From the NCBI GenBank assembly GCA_964441505.1, contig CAYTUV010000002.1, positions 9,546-73,545 of the forward strand: DNA of 64,000 bases, given 5' to 3'. Both the position numbers and the translations under genes were made by a program. The DNA is from an uncultured Melioribacter sp. (GTDB lineage Bacteria; Bacteroidota; Ignavibacteria; Ignavibacteriales; Melioribacteraceae). A model generated the notes under the pieces. The model saw only the letters and a list, made by a program, of their open reading frames with translations. It was not told where the DNA came from and ran no database searches. Positions 19,564-29,582 of the stretch are shown one piece after another. Numbering within the stretch: position 1 is the first letter of the stretch; every line of letters starts with the position of its first letter.

Positions 19564-19817
19564 CTTTTGCCCAAGCTATTAATTACTTTCTATAACAAAG
19601 TTAGCACTCTTTTGATTATATAGCAAAAATGGGGGCGATTCTTAGGGATCAGATGAGCAAATGCTTTTGATTAGTAGACCAATTCTATTTAGACTAGTGT
19701 CGTGTCAACCTTATTTTGATGCTTTCATACGTGAGACGTAAGACGATAAACGTGAGAATTGACCGTCTCACGTCTGCCGTTTCACGAGATACTAGCTCTA
19801 TTCATATCTTTACATAA

Positions 19818-21530
19818 TTACAACTTCAGTTCCATTTCTTTACGTGATGATTTAAAAGAAATTTTTAACAATCGATAACCCGACACTTCTTTAGGTAAGG
19901 ATAAAATGTTTTTCCCCGGCAGAACGTTCTCTGTCAGCAGAATTTCACTCGTCTTCCCGTTCGTCCCTGTAATCTCAATTTTCTCTTTTACGGCCGAGTA
20001 GAGAAGTATTGCTGATTTATTATTATCCTCTTTTATCAGTACAGGTTTACTCAAAACATCATCGGCACGCGCAAGCATGCTCAATTGAGGAAATTCTATC
20101 TCAATCACATTCGACGATTCAATACTTTCATTCCACAATTTGCTCACGGACTTAAGTGTGAAATAATAGTTAACACGCCTCGGTTTATCTATTGCAAGTG
20201 CAACTGAAGATTTATCCGCCGGGATAACATCGAATAAATAATCCGCAAGTAATTCGGAATTTGAATTTGGAAGATTATATAATGCAAAATAGCGTATGCT
20301 GTCATTTTGCGATTTCATTTTTTCTGAGCCCCAGCTTAGCGTAAAATATTTTTGATTCGATTCATTCTTTCTGAAACCAAGATTAAGAGGAGCCGCGGGA
20401 TAGATTCCATCGAGCCAGGACATTAAAGCGGGATAGGTTTTGTACTGGAAAGAATTGAATTCCAGATCTTTGATATTCTCATAACGGAAGAACGAAACAC
20501 CATCGGCATTAATTGACCGTCCATATTGAATCATTTGCTCCATGTCGGGTTTAACACTTGGCTTGTAAGCACCAATACCTAATACGACACTCCTTCCGAA
20601 AGAATTTTCAACCCAGTCTTTTGCAATGGCACCAAAGCGTGGGCTATCGTTAAATCCCCAATATATTTGCGGTACAACATAATCAACTATTCCTTTCTGC
20701 AGCCATTCACGTGCATCCTGATAAAGTTCAGTGTATCCTTCCCAGCCGTTGTTACCTTTAAGATTTTTGTAGATGCCGATAGGTGCGGCTCCAAGTTTAA
20801 TGTATTGTCTCACTGCCTTGATTTTTTTATTGATTAGTTCAACAAGCGTATTAATATTTTTCCGGCGGAATTCATCCCGTGACAAGCCCGTGCCATGTAC
20901 ACTATAGGAGAATTCATCATCAAAATTTCTACCCGGATACCGAATGTAATCCAGGTGAACACCGTCAACATCATAATGCTCAACCATCTCCGTAATCATA
21001 TCGGAAATATATTCACGCACTTCAGGAAGACCCGGATCCAGCCATAGACTTTTTTGTCCGTCACGGATATCTTCAATCACCCATTCCGGTTTTCTTTTTG
21101 AAATATGATTTGGATTATTCAGCACAAAAGATTCGGTTCCATTGAAACATCGGACAATATTGAACCATGCATGAATTTCGAGTCCTCGTTTATGTGCTTG
21201 TTCAATGGCAAATTTTAGAGGATCATACGATGCCACACCATCTACTTCACCTGTTATGTAGGAGGAGAATGGGTCGAATGAGGATTTGAAGAGGACTGTG
21301 CCGTTGCTGCTGACCTGAAAATAAACAGTGTTAAGATTTTTTGATTTGATGTTGTCAAAAATATCAATGAGAGCTTGCTTCTGCTTTTCCTGATCAAGAG
21401 TTTGAGGGGGCCAATCTAATCTGAAATTAGTGGCAATCCAGACGGCGCGGGTTTCTCTTTCAGATTGAGAGAAAATCTGCATAGAAATATTTAACATCAG
21501 ATAAACAAGCAGAAATGATTTTATCTTCAT
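19818..21530 (-). CDS. GHL10/YddW-family glycoside-hydrolase-like protein with T9SS-type C-terminal tail
   Basis: 'RAVWIATNFRLDWP', 'EIHAWFN', 'GVHLDYIRYP'. The C-terminus 'LPGKNILSLPKEVSGYRLLKISFKSSRKEMELKL' resembles a Por secretion tail. The ATG at 21530 gives a clean signal peptide. The track ORF starts at a GTG at 21551. Confidence 0.7.
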   Translation of the reverse strand: MKIKSFLLVYLMLNISMQIFSQSERETRAVWIATNFRLDWPPQTLDQEKQKQALIDIFDNIKSKNLNTVYFQVSSNGTVLFKSSFDPFSSYITGEVDGVASYDPLKFAIEQAHKRGLEIHAWFNIVRCFNGTESFVLNNPNHISKRKPEWVIEDIRDGQKSLWLDPGLPEVREYISDMITEMVEHYDVDGVHLDYIRYPGRNFDDEFSYSVHGTGLSRDEFRRKNINTLVELINKKIKAVRQYIKLGAAPIGIYKNLKGNNGWEGYTELYQDAREWLQKGIVDYVVPQIYWGFNDSPRFGAIAKDWVENSFGRSVVLGIGAYKPSVKPDMEQMIQYGRSINADGVSFFRYENIKDLEFNSFQYKTYPALMSWLDGIYPAAPLNLGFRKNESNQKYFTLSWGSEKMKSQNDSIRYFALYNLPNSNSELLADYLFDVIPADKSSVALAIDKPRRVNYYFTLKSVSKLWNESIESSNVIEIEFPQLSMLARADDVLSKPVLIKEDNNKSAILLYSAVKEKIEITGTNGKTSEILLTENVLPGKNILSLPKEVSGYRLLKISFKSSRKEMELKL

Positions 21531-21553
21531 TTGAAGGTTCCGAATGATCACTA

Positions 21554-22645
21554 TTAAACGAAATAATTCATTCCCTGTTGGATAGATTGCTTAACCTCAT
21601 CGCCGTCAACCTCAACATCTACCAACACATTGCCAATATCCTGCAATAGGACAAATTTAATTTTGTGATCTCTCCCTTTTTTATCCCGTTTCATAATTTC
21701 ATAAATCCGGGCAGAATCAAATGCTTTAAGAGTAATTTTCTCTTTTAGCATAAGCGGGAGTTTAATATACTCGCCAAAAAGTTTTTCATCCAGCAAGCCG
21801 ATGCGCCTGGAAAGATCAAGGGCACAGACCAATCCAACTATAACGGCCTGTCCGTGTTTGATTCTATGATTTTGTTCAATTTCAATAGCATGTGCGAAAG
21901 TATGACCCAGATTTAAAATCTTTCTCAGACCATTCTCTTTTTCATCCTCTGCAACAACATCCCCTTTAAAAGTGATACATGATTCAATGATCTTTGATAT
22001 GAATGAGGAATCAAGTTTGAGCAGTTTCGACAAATTATTTTTCAGCGTGACAAAATATTTCTGATCGATAAGGAAAGCATATTTAATAACTTCGCCTATG
22101 CCGCAGATAATTTCATCTTCCGGAAGTGTTTTTAAAAATTCAGTATCAATTAAAACGAACTCCGGCTGGTATATTGCTCCAATAATATTTTTTGTGTCAC
22201 TGAAATTCACCCCGGTTTTTCCACCGACAGAACTGTCTACTGCTGCGAGGAGAGTGGTAGCCACCTGAACGAATTTAACTCCGCGCATAAATGTTGCAGC
22301 CGCGAATCCGGCTAAATCACCCGTTATTCCGCCGCCTATGGCTATCACAAGAGTATCTCTTGAGAATTCCTTTACAATCAGATCATCAAAAATCTTTGAG
22401 AGAGAAACAAAATTCTTAGCCGGTTCACTTGCGTCAAACTCGTGTATAAAGACTTTGCCGGAAAAATTTGATGTAAAGCGATTCACATCTTCACGGTGTA
22501 CATTCATCACGTTACGGTCAACTACAAGAAATATATTTCTAAAGATTTTTTTCGAACGGATTAACTTATCCAGTGAGTCAAAAGTGTTAACTCCGATATA
22601 TACCGGATATTCCTTACCGGGAATTTTTATTTCAATTTTTTTCAT
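21554..22645 (-). CDS. aroB: 3-dehydroquinate synthase
   Basis: 'VIAIGGGITGDLAGFAAATFMRGV', 'VDSSVGGKTGVN', 'LNLGHTFAHAIE'. Confidence 0.9.
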   Translation of the reverse strand: MKKIEIKIPGKEYPVYIGVNTFDSLDKLIRSKKIFRNIFLVVDRNVMNVHREDVNRFTSNFSGKVFIHEFDASEPAKNFVSLSKIFDDLIVKEFSRDTLVIAIGGGITGDLAGFAAATFMRGVKFVQVATTLLAAVDSSVGGKTGVNFSDTKNIIGAIYQPEFVLIDTEFLKTLPEDEIICGIGEVIKYAFLIDQKYFVTLKNNLSKLLKLDSSFISKIIESCITFKGDVVAEDEKENGLRKILNLGHTFAHAIEIEQNHRIKHGQAVIVGLVCALDLSRRIGLLDEKLFGEYIKLPLMLKEKITLKAFDSARIYEIMKRDKKGRDHKIKFVLLQDIGNVLVDVEVDGDEVKQSIQQGMNYFV

Positions 22646-23186
22646 CGAACAGCACCAAAATCCTTTTTGCTATTTTATCAACAGTTTTGCCAAGTGGTTG
22701 TAAATCAGTTTCAATAATTAGATCTGCTTTTTCATAGTATGTGCGTCTTTTTTCAAGCAGATCTTTTATTTTTTCTAAAAAATCTTCCTCGCTTTTCTCC
22801 CCGAGTACTAGATCCCGGAACAACGGCCGATCAATTTTATTTTTCAATCTTTTGTAAAGATTAAACGGTGATACTTTAAGGTAGACAATCTTTCCGGTTG
22901 CTTTCAACAGATCGAAATTTGCGCTTTCCGTCAGAGTACCGCCGCCAAGGGAAATTACAACGCTTTTCATCTCACATAACTGCTGTAGTTTCTTAAGTTC
23001 AATTTTCCGGAAATACGATTCACCCTTCTTCTCAAATATCTCTACAATCGTTTGTTTCTCTTCGGTTTCAATAACCTTATCAAGGTCGAAAAAATCCATT
23101 CCAAGCACATTCGCCAGTATCGGCCCAATTGTGCTTTTTCCGCTGGTCATAAATCCGGTTAAGTAAATGCGTCTTTCTTTCATCAA
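22632..23186 (-). CDS. aroK: Shikimate kinase
   Basis: P-loop 'GFMTSGKSTIG', 'FFDLD', 'VISLGGG'. Overlaps aroB by 14 nt. Confidence 0.85.
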   Translation of the reverse strand: MMKERRIYLTGFMTSGKSTIGPILANVLGMDFFDLDKVIETEEKQTIVEIFEKKGESYFRKIELKKLQQLCEMKSVVISLGGGTLTESANFDLLKATGKIVYLKVSPFNLYKRLKNKIDRPLFRDLVLGEKSEEDFLEKIKDLLEKRRTYYEKADLIIETDLQPLGKTVDKIAKRILVLFDEKN

Positions 23187-23333
23187 TCGTTAACATGAAT
23201 GGATTCGGAAACCAATATAATTAAATGAAAACGAAGTTTTGGAATTATGTTGCAGGATGCAGAGAATAGAATTAACTGTTTGATCCGGCGATGGCGGATG
23301 TGTTATTGTAGTAAACAGGGTTTTATTCGACTA

Positions 23334-24059
23334 TTAGAAGTTGAGAACCATACCAAGCGTAAAAGTTATTCCGTCTATGTTCACTTTACTATTAAAAGTT
23401 TGTGATGATAAAACGTATTGCTGATTATTATAATTTACAGTCTGACTGGAGTATCTGTTTGTGGTCTCGAACTCCGGATCCCGGAAGCGGATCTGTCCAC
23501 GAACAGAAATAAAATTATATATCACATAATCCATTCCCACAGCTACGTGCATTCCATATCCTATCTTGGAGTTTTCATTTTCAATTGTAACATCGCCAAA
23601 ATTGCGGATATGATTGCCAAAGTAAAGACCGAATCCACCTCCGAAGAAGAACTTAAAATGTTCAGATGAAAATGGAATAAGATAATATCCCGATATTTCA
23701 AGAGGAGTCATTTTATAACCGTCATTCATCTTAGCTCTTATGCCGCCGAGATTAATAGAATTTTCAAAAGTTTTTTCAATCAGTTCAGATCCGATTCCAA
23801 CTATTATCGATTCTGAAAATTGATAACGGAGATCAATTGAATAGCTTGTAATTTTATCAAGATTCTCGTGTGTATTACGAATAAATGGATCGACTGCTTT
23901 AGGCTGAAGAAATAGCTGTGAAGTTGAGGTGTAGTTAATATTAAACGAGATGCCGAATTTTTTATCATTTGCCTGTGCGCATATCGAAATCACAGAAACG
24001 AAAAAAAGCAACACTATATGTTGAGTTATTTTTATCATATCTCTGATGAAATTTGACAA
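23334..24059 (-). CDS. Outer-membrane beta-barrel protein
   Basis: Signal peptide, alternating strands, C-terminal 'LGMVLNF'. Confidence 0.5.
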   Translation of the reverse strand: MSNFIRDMIKITQHIVLLFFVSVISICAQANDKKFGISFNINYTSTSQLFLQPKAVDPFIRNTHENLDKITSYSIDLRYQFSESIIVGIGSELIEKTFENSINLGGIRAKMNDGYKMTPLEISGYYLIPFSSEHFKFFFGGGFGLYFGNHIRNFGDVTIENENSKIGYGMHVAVGMDYVIYNFISVRGQIRFRDPEFETTNRYSSQTVNYNNQQYVLSSQTFNSKVNIDGITFTLGMVLNF

Positions 24060-24082
24060 AATGAAAAACCAATTTAAAGTGC

Positions 24083-24114
24083 AAAAAAAAGCCGTCCGGA
24101 TTTCTCGGGACGGC
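24083..24114 (-). terminator. Rho-independent terminator of ppiD-like gene
   Basis: AGCCGTCC-N8-GGACGGCT followed on the minus strand by TTTTTTTT. Confidence 0.75.
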
Positions 24115-24135
24115 TGTAAAAATTAAATGACCGAT

Positions 24136-26229
24136 TCATCTATAAAACTGATAGCGGTTGTCTACAATATCTGCTTCTTTTTTCAGGTCCTGAATCCATT
24201 GATTAAAATATGTGGATTTCTTGGAGAGCAACAATTGCTTAGCAATCTCATTTTTCTGAGCATCAAATTGTAACTGATCGTACTTTGTTCTGTTGGTAAC
24301 ATTTAGCAGATAAACATTCGATTCACCTTTAACAGGCTGTGACCATTTATTTAATTCGGCTTTCAGAGCATTTTCGGTGAATGCAAAATCACGGCCGATT
24401 CCGGGAACGCTGCCTGAGGAGGTAAATTCGGTCGTTGAATCGATTCGTGCTGAAGGCCAAACTGTTGTAGCAATTCTACCGTCACCGTTCTCGCCAAGTT
24501 TTGCACGTATATCTTTTGCGATCGAAACAGCTTTCACTAATTTTAGCTTAAGCAGAACTGTATTCTTAACCTGTGCTTTTATTTCTTCAAAATTTTTCAA
24601 TCCCGGCTTAGTTACTTCCGATACCATTGCTACGACATGACCGGCTTGAACTCTGTAAACATCGCTCACTTCACCAACACTATTTTCAAACGCAAATTTT
24701 ACAAGTGCCTTATTAGCGCCTATACCAGCAATACCAAAAGCTTCCTCTTCAAAGGGAGGTGTTTCAACAACAGAATATTTCATACCTTTTGCTTCGTTTT
24801 CAAACCCATCTTTTTTTGCAACGTAAGCGAAATCAGTTGCGTCCTGATAGAGTTTATCTGTGGTAGTAGCGGATGGCTGAATTTTGTTTACAATTTTTTC
24901 AACAACAAAGTCCTGATTGGAACGATCAACAACTTTAATAATATGATAACCGAATTGAGTCTTAATTGGTTTTTGAACTACGCCAATCTTTCCGTTGAAG
25001 CATGCATCTTCGAATGGTTTAACCATTTGTCCACGGCCGAAAAATCCAAGGTCTCCACCCTGAGATTTACTTCCATCTTCGGATTTTGCTCTTGCAATAG
25101 CAGCAAAGTCAGCGCCTTTCATTAATTCGTTGTAAATGTCATTGATCTTGTTCAAATCAGCTTTATCGTCGGCAGTGGATCTTATCAAGATATGAGAAGC
25201 TCTAACCTGTTCACTTTTAGATTTAGCTTTGTCAATCATTTTATAAACAACGTAACCCTCAGGTGTTGCGGAAGGACCAAAAACATCGCCCTTATTTCCA
25301 TTAATCATAGCATTGCGAATCTGTTCCGGGATTGTTGATAGTGTCACAGTGTCTTTGGAATATGGTCTTTCAGAATAGATCTCTACATAACTCTTAAATG
25401 AAGATGTATCGCTTTTAAGTTTTGTAACAATCGCTTCAAGATTTTTTTGAATTGAAATAGAATCGCCCTGAGACGGCTGTTTGCGGAATAAAACATATTT
25501 TATTTTTCTTGCTGCGGCCTGTTTATATTCTTCAGGATGCTCATCATAATATTTTTTTACATCGGCGTCTGAAACTCTAACATCAGCATCGGGAATTGTA
25601 TTTGCGTTGATCATTACATAGCTGGCTTTCATTTTAATTGCCTGTTTGATGTATTGATCTTTAGTCTCAGCATCGCTAACTGTTACTGATGCGGAGACAA
25701 AACTTTGCAATTTTTGCTGAACGAGTTGAGTTTTAATCTGCTGCTCAGCAGTAATCACAATCTCTTTGTTACGTGGATCTTTTAACGCACCTTCATAAGC
25801 TTGTCTGTTAAAATTTCCTGTTGAATCTTTAAAGTTCTGCGTAATCCATTGAGGAGGATTAGGACCAAGCAGAGCATCTCTGACTTCTTCGTCGGTCACT
25901 ATAATTCCGAACTCTTTTATTTTTTTGTCCATCATTTTCTGAGTAACAAGTGCATCCCAAACCTGATCTCTGAAATAATCCATCTGAGCTTCATCAATAG
26001 TCTGACCGTTTTGTTCCTGTTGTTTTTTGAAATTATCAACTGTGGTAGAATATTCTTGATAAGTAATATCCTCTCCATCAATAGAACCAACATATTGCTT
26101 CTGTTGAGTTATTAAATCCGTCACCTTGGAATCTGACAGGACCATGAACAAAACAAAGAGACCGCCTACAGTAAGCATAAACCATGGAGCTAAACTCCTC
26201 ATACGGGCCATCATGGGCATAGAAAACAA
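24136..26229 (-). CDS. ppiD: PpiD-like periplasmic chaperone / parvulin peptidyl-prolyl isomerase
   Basis: N-terminal anchor 'APWFMLTVGGLFVLFMV'. Parvulin core 'VRASHILIR...GGDLGFFGRGQMVKPFEDACF...TQFGYHIIKV'. Confidence 0.75.
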   Translation of the reverse strand: MFSMPMMARMRSLAPWFMLTVGGLFVLFMVLSDSKVTDLITQQKQYVGSIDGEDITYQEYSTTVDNFKKQQEQNGQTIDEAQMDYFRDQVWDALVTQKMMDKKIKEFGIIVTDEEVRDALLGPNPPQWITQNFKDSTGNFNRQAYEGALKDPRNKEIVITAEQQIKTQLVQQKLQSFVSASVTVSDAETKDQYIKQAIKMKASYVMINANTIPDADVRVSDADVKKYYDEHPEEYKQAAARKIKYVLFRKQPSQGDSISIQKNLEAIVTKLKSDTSSFKSYVEIYSERPYSKDTVTLSTIPEQIRNAMINGNKGDVFGPSATPEGYVVYKMIDKAKSKSEQVRASHILIRSTADDKADLNKINDIYNELMKGADFAAIARAKSEDGSKSQGGDLGFFGRGQMVKPFEDACFNGKIGVVQKPIKTQFGYHIIKVVDRSNQDFVVEKIVNKIQPSATTTDKLYQDATDFAYVAKKDGFENEAKGMKYSVVETPPFEEEAFGIAGIGANKALVKFAFENSVGEVSDVYRVQAGHVVAMVSEVTKPGLKNFEEIKAQVKNTVLLKLKLVKAVSIAKDIRAKLGENGDGRIATTVWPSARIDSTTEFTSSGSVPGIGRDFAFTENALKAELNKWSQPVKGESNVYLLNVTNRTKYDQLQFDAQKNEIAKQLLLSKKSTYFNQWIQDLKKEADIVDNRYQFYR

Positions 26230-26393
26230 CCTCCGATTTAGAAATAGTAAAATTTTAGGGGCTAAATTTAGAGTAACCCCCTCTCAAATGCAATTATTGT
26301 TTACTGAACGATTTTATGATTATTTAATCAAAATTGATTTGCGTATCAAAATATGGCCAACTAATTTGTCCACCAAATTTTGAGGGATTATTT

Positions 26394-26606
26394 ATGCCGA
26401 GTTTTTCTCATACCTGGCTGCCGTTTATTTATCTATACACTGTAGGCGGAATCTTTTTCTTTGCAGGAATGATATTTATTAGAAAAGCAAAAGGAATTGA
26501 TATGCGTCTCAAACGGGACCGAAAATGGTGGCGGATTCTTCTCTTTGGCTATTTTTATTTCATGTTAATTCACGCATTATTAATCTTAGCAGCACTTTAC
26601 TGGTAG
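26394..26606 (+). CDS. Small two-TM membrane protein preceding the SSS transporter
   Basis: ATG at 26394 preceded by GAGGGA. Two hydrophobic helices. Ends 9 nt before the transporter start. Confidence 0.4.
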   Translation: MPSFSHTWLPFIYLYTVGGIFFFAGMIFIRKAKGIDMRLKRDRKWWRILLFGYFYFMLIHALLILAALYW

Positions 26607-26615
26607 AATATATAT

Positions 26616-28712
26616 ATGGAAACTTTACATGGGCTTGGAACTGCCACCGACTGGGTGGTGATGTTTGTTTACTTCATCGGTATAATGCTCTTCGGCAGCT
26701 ATTTCGCCAAGTATAACCGTAGTACTAACGATTTTTTCTTTGGCGGTCGAAGATTTGCGTGGTGGTTAATTACAGTTTCAATTGTTGCTACGGGGGTAGG
26801 AAGCCACAGTTTTGTTAAATATGCAGCTAAAGGATTTGAACATGGTCTATCATCAACAATGACTTATATGAACGATTGGTTTTTCATCCCCTTCTTTCTA
26901 TTCGGATGGCTACCGATTGTAGTTTATACAAAGATAAGATCTATACCTGAGTACTTTGAGAGAAGGTTCAGTCCGACCGTAAGATTCATTGCGACAGTTT
27001 TTCAGTTGCTTTACATGATAGGTTACCTTGGCATTGGGCTTCTCACTTTGGGCAAAGTTTTCACACCTTTATTACCGGCTTCCTTCGGTATTTTGGGCTT
27101 GACAATTCCTGTCACTCTCATGGGTGTCATAATTGTTATTGCTCTTATTACAGGTGTATATACTACCTTTGGCGGTCAAACTGCAGTCATCTTTACAGAT
27201 CTTTTACAGGGAGTGATTCTTTTATTTGCAGGTATATTAATTTTTATAATGGGAATCAGTTACGTAGGAGGACTTGACGCGTTTTGGCATTTATTACCAC
27301 CTACCTGGAGATTACCACTAGCCGATTTCAATAAACCAGCTGATTTTAACTTTATAGGAATATTTTGGCAGGATGGGGTAGCAGGATCTGTAGGATTTTT
27401 ATTTATGAATATGGGTTTATTGATGCGCTTTATGTCTGCTAAAAGTCTGCATGAAGGCAGAAAAGCCGCGGCATTTAACGTACTCTTCATGCTTCCGCTT
27501 TCTGCTATTGTTGTTGGTAATGCTGGTTGGATTGGAAAGGCTCTCACGCAGATGGTGCCTTCACAATTGAATCCGAATGTAAATCCTGATGAAGTTTTTA
27601 TTGCTGTTACACACATAATCGCAAGCAAAGGTGTATTTGGTTTTGTTATTGCCGCGCTAACTGCAACACTACTTTCTACTGTTGATTCACTCATAAATGC
27701 AATTGCAGCTGTTTATATAAATGATGTTCACCGCCCGATCAAGAAGTTATTGAACAAAAAATATATTTCGGAGGCTGCCGAATCTAAGAAAGAGTTAGGT
27801 GCTGCCAGAATCGCATCTATTGTATTTACTGTTGTGGGAATTCTCGCAACTATACCCTTTAATTCGTACCCAACTGTTTATGAAGCACATGGTTATTTTC
27901 ATTCCACTTTGACTCCTCCTTTAGTAACCGCGATTTTCCTTGGAGTTTTCTGGAAAAGATTTACGCCGGCCGGAGTGGTTGCAACTTTCCTTGGAGGTTC
28001 CTCGCTTATGATTCTTGGTGCACGCTATCCTGGACTTCTGATCACCCCCTTCGCACATGGAACACCAATGGATCTTATTCATCCATATACCTATATAAGC
28101 GCACTTTATAATACTTTCGTCTGCGTTTTTCTTGGGGTATTTGTTACATTTACTCAGCCATGGTTATTAAAAGTTACAAATCAAATCAGAAAATCAAAAT
28201 CTCATAAACGAATAATTTATCTATTAATTGCAGTAGCAGCATTATTCCAGATAATAGTTTGGTTTAATCTCGGCTCACTCTTTGTTTTATTAGTCGCAAC
28301 TTTTTTGTTGACTCTTCTTGCAGCATTTGCGGCAGCATATTCGATAAAATATGATCCAAAAGCCCAACTTGAAGGACTGACCGCTTGGTCGATTCACAGG
28401 GCAAAAGAAATGTTTAAAGGAAGCAAAATAAATGAACGTGAGGGTGATATTGTAAAGGTTCACTGGAAATTAAGGAATGATAGCGATGATTACATTAACG
28501 TTTCTCATAAAGAAATGAAAAGTATGAAAGCCGAAGTCGGTGACCTTGTCTATCTTTGCGATGCAAGAAAGTATCTGGGTGGTTTAAAATCTGTTCATAC
28601 AAAACTTGGAGTACCACACAATGAAGAAGGTATTGTCCATATCGGAAATGAACATAGATTAAACGCTTTATTTCAAGAAGGAAAAATTCTGTACGTAGAG
28701 AAAGAGATGTGA
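26616..28712 (+). CDS. Sodium:solute symporter (SSS/SLC5) family transporter with soluble C-terminal extension
   Basis: About 14 TM helices. SSS-like 'FFFGGRRFAWW' and 'TTFGGQTAVIFTDLLQG'. The last ~110 aa are hydrophilic. Confidence 0.8.
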   Translation: METLHGLGTATDWVVMFVYFIGIMLFGSYFAKYNRSTNDFFFGGRRFAWWLITVSIVATGVGSHSFVKYAAKGFEHGLSSTMTYMNDWFFIPFFLFGWLPIVVYTKIRSIPEYFERRFSPTVRFIATVFQLLYMIGYLGIGLLTLGKVFTPLLPASFGILGLTIPVTLMGVIIVIALITGVYTTFGGQTAVIFTDLLQGVILLFAGILIFIMGISYVGGLDAFWHLLPPTWRLPLADFNKPADFNFIGIFWQDGVAGSVGFLFMNMGLLMRFMSAKSLHEGRKAAAFNVLFMLPLSAIVVGNAGWIGKALTQMVPSQLNPNVNPDEVFIAVTHIIASKGVFGFVIAALTATLLSTVDSLINAIAAVYINDVHRPIKKLLNKKYISEAAESKKELGAARIASIVFTVVGILATIPFNSYPTVYEAHGYFHSTLTPPLVTAIFLGVFWKRFTPAGVVATFLGGSSLMILGARYPGLLITPFAHGTPMDLIHPYTYISALYNTFVCVFLGVFVTFTQPWLLKVTNQIRKSKSHKRIIYLLIAVAALFQIIVWFNLGSLFVLLVATFLLTLLAAFAAAYSIKYDPKAQLEGLTAWSIHRAKEMFKGSKINEREGDIVKVHWKLRNDSDDYINVSHKEMKSMKAEVGDLVYLCDARKYLGGLKSVHTKLGVPHNEEGIVHIGNEHRLNALFQEGKILYVEKEM

Positions 28713-28783
28713 TTAAAGCTGGATCAGGGATTGGAAGTGAGAAATGTTTCGCTTCTAGTCTCCGGCTTCCTACCCCTCACGTT

Positions 28784-29272
28784 TCAAACCTTCTTCGATC
28801 CAAATTTATTTTTCAACTTCTCAACAACAATTGGCGGTACAAATTCAGAAACATCTCCCTGAAATTGCGCAAGGTTACGTACTATTGTTGAATTGAGATA
28901 GGTGTATCTCGCATGAGGCATCAAAAGAATTGTTGTTATCTCTCCAGCAAGTTTTCTGTTCATCAACGCCATCTGGAATTCATATTCAAAATCACTTATA
29001 GCACGCAGACCGCGAATAATTCCAACGGCACCAACCTGCTTGGCATGATCAACAACCAATCCGTCAAATGAATCAACCACAACACGTTTGTAATCCTTCA
29101 GACCTTCTTTAAGCATTTCCACACGTTCTTCAACGGTGAATAAGGAAGTCTTGCCCGGATTTCTTGCCACTGTAACAATCACTTCTTCAAATAATTCAAT
29201 AGCGCGGCTCACAATGTCAATATGTCCATTCGTAACGGGATCGAATGTACCAGGGTAAATCACCTTTGCCAT
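28784..29272 (-). CDS. coaD: Pantetheine-phosphate adenylyltransferase
   Basis: 'YPGTFDPVTNGHIDI', 'GIIRGLRAISDFEYE'. Confidence 0.92.
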   Translation of the reverse strand: MAKVIYPGTFDPVTNGHIDIVSRAIELFEEVIVTVARNPGKTSLFTVEERVEMLKEGLKDYKRVVVDSFDGLVVDHAKQVGAVGIIRGLRAISDFEYEFQMALMNRKLAGEITTILLMPHARYTYLNSTIVRNLAQFQGDVSEFVPPIVVEKLKNKFGSKKV

Positions 29273-29391
29273 TAGATTTCTTTTTTTGTTTCCGGTAAAA
29301 TATAACAGTTGTAGTGAATTAAAAAGCGATGACGTTAAAAAAATAGAGAAAGAATTCTGAAAAATGGATTAGCCTAACATGATTAGCTTGT

Positions 29392-29473
29392 AATAGCACA
29401 CAGATTTAACAGATCGGACGGATTTTAACTGATCAGTTTCAATCTGTTTAATCAGTTCGATCTGTGTTCTATT
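29392..29473. repeat. Imperfect palindromic intergenic element, family A copy 2
   Basis: AATAGCACACAGAT ... ATCTGTGTTCTATT (13/14 inverted). The interior is alignable with copy 1. Further AGCACG/CGTGCT and CATCTGTGT words follow to ~29550. Confidence 0.6.
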
Positions 29474-29582
29474 GTCTTAAAACTTATAAAAGCACGGATG
29501 TGACGATTCTTTGCGGATTCTATTCGTGCTAATTCATTTCATCTGTGTTTATTTGCATCTATCGACAATTTTCTAAAGGTTT

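Noticed and set aside
19601-19609. Perfect CIRCE half-site TTAGCACTC near the yoeB antitoxin promoter
   Set aside because: No matching right arm GAGTGCTAA lies at N9 (the sequence there is TATAGCAAA). This is probably chance or part of the TA operator.
24637-25125. Long antisense 'shadow' ORFs: 24637-25125 in ppiD, 15003-15476 in tex, 27260-27694 in the SSS gene, 30033-30443 across rsmD and pilM-like, 16630-17031 in acn, 48000-48368 in menB, 3784-4152 in the BNR gene, 43980-44345 in menF
   Set aside because: All lie fully inside strongly supported genes on the opposite strand. They have low-complexity or odd composition and no motifs. Such ORFs are typical of an AT-rich genome.
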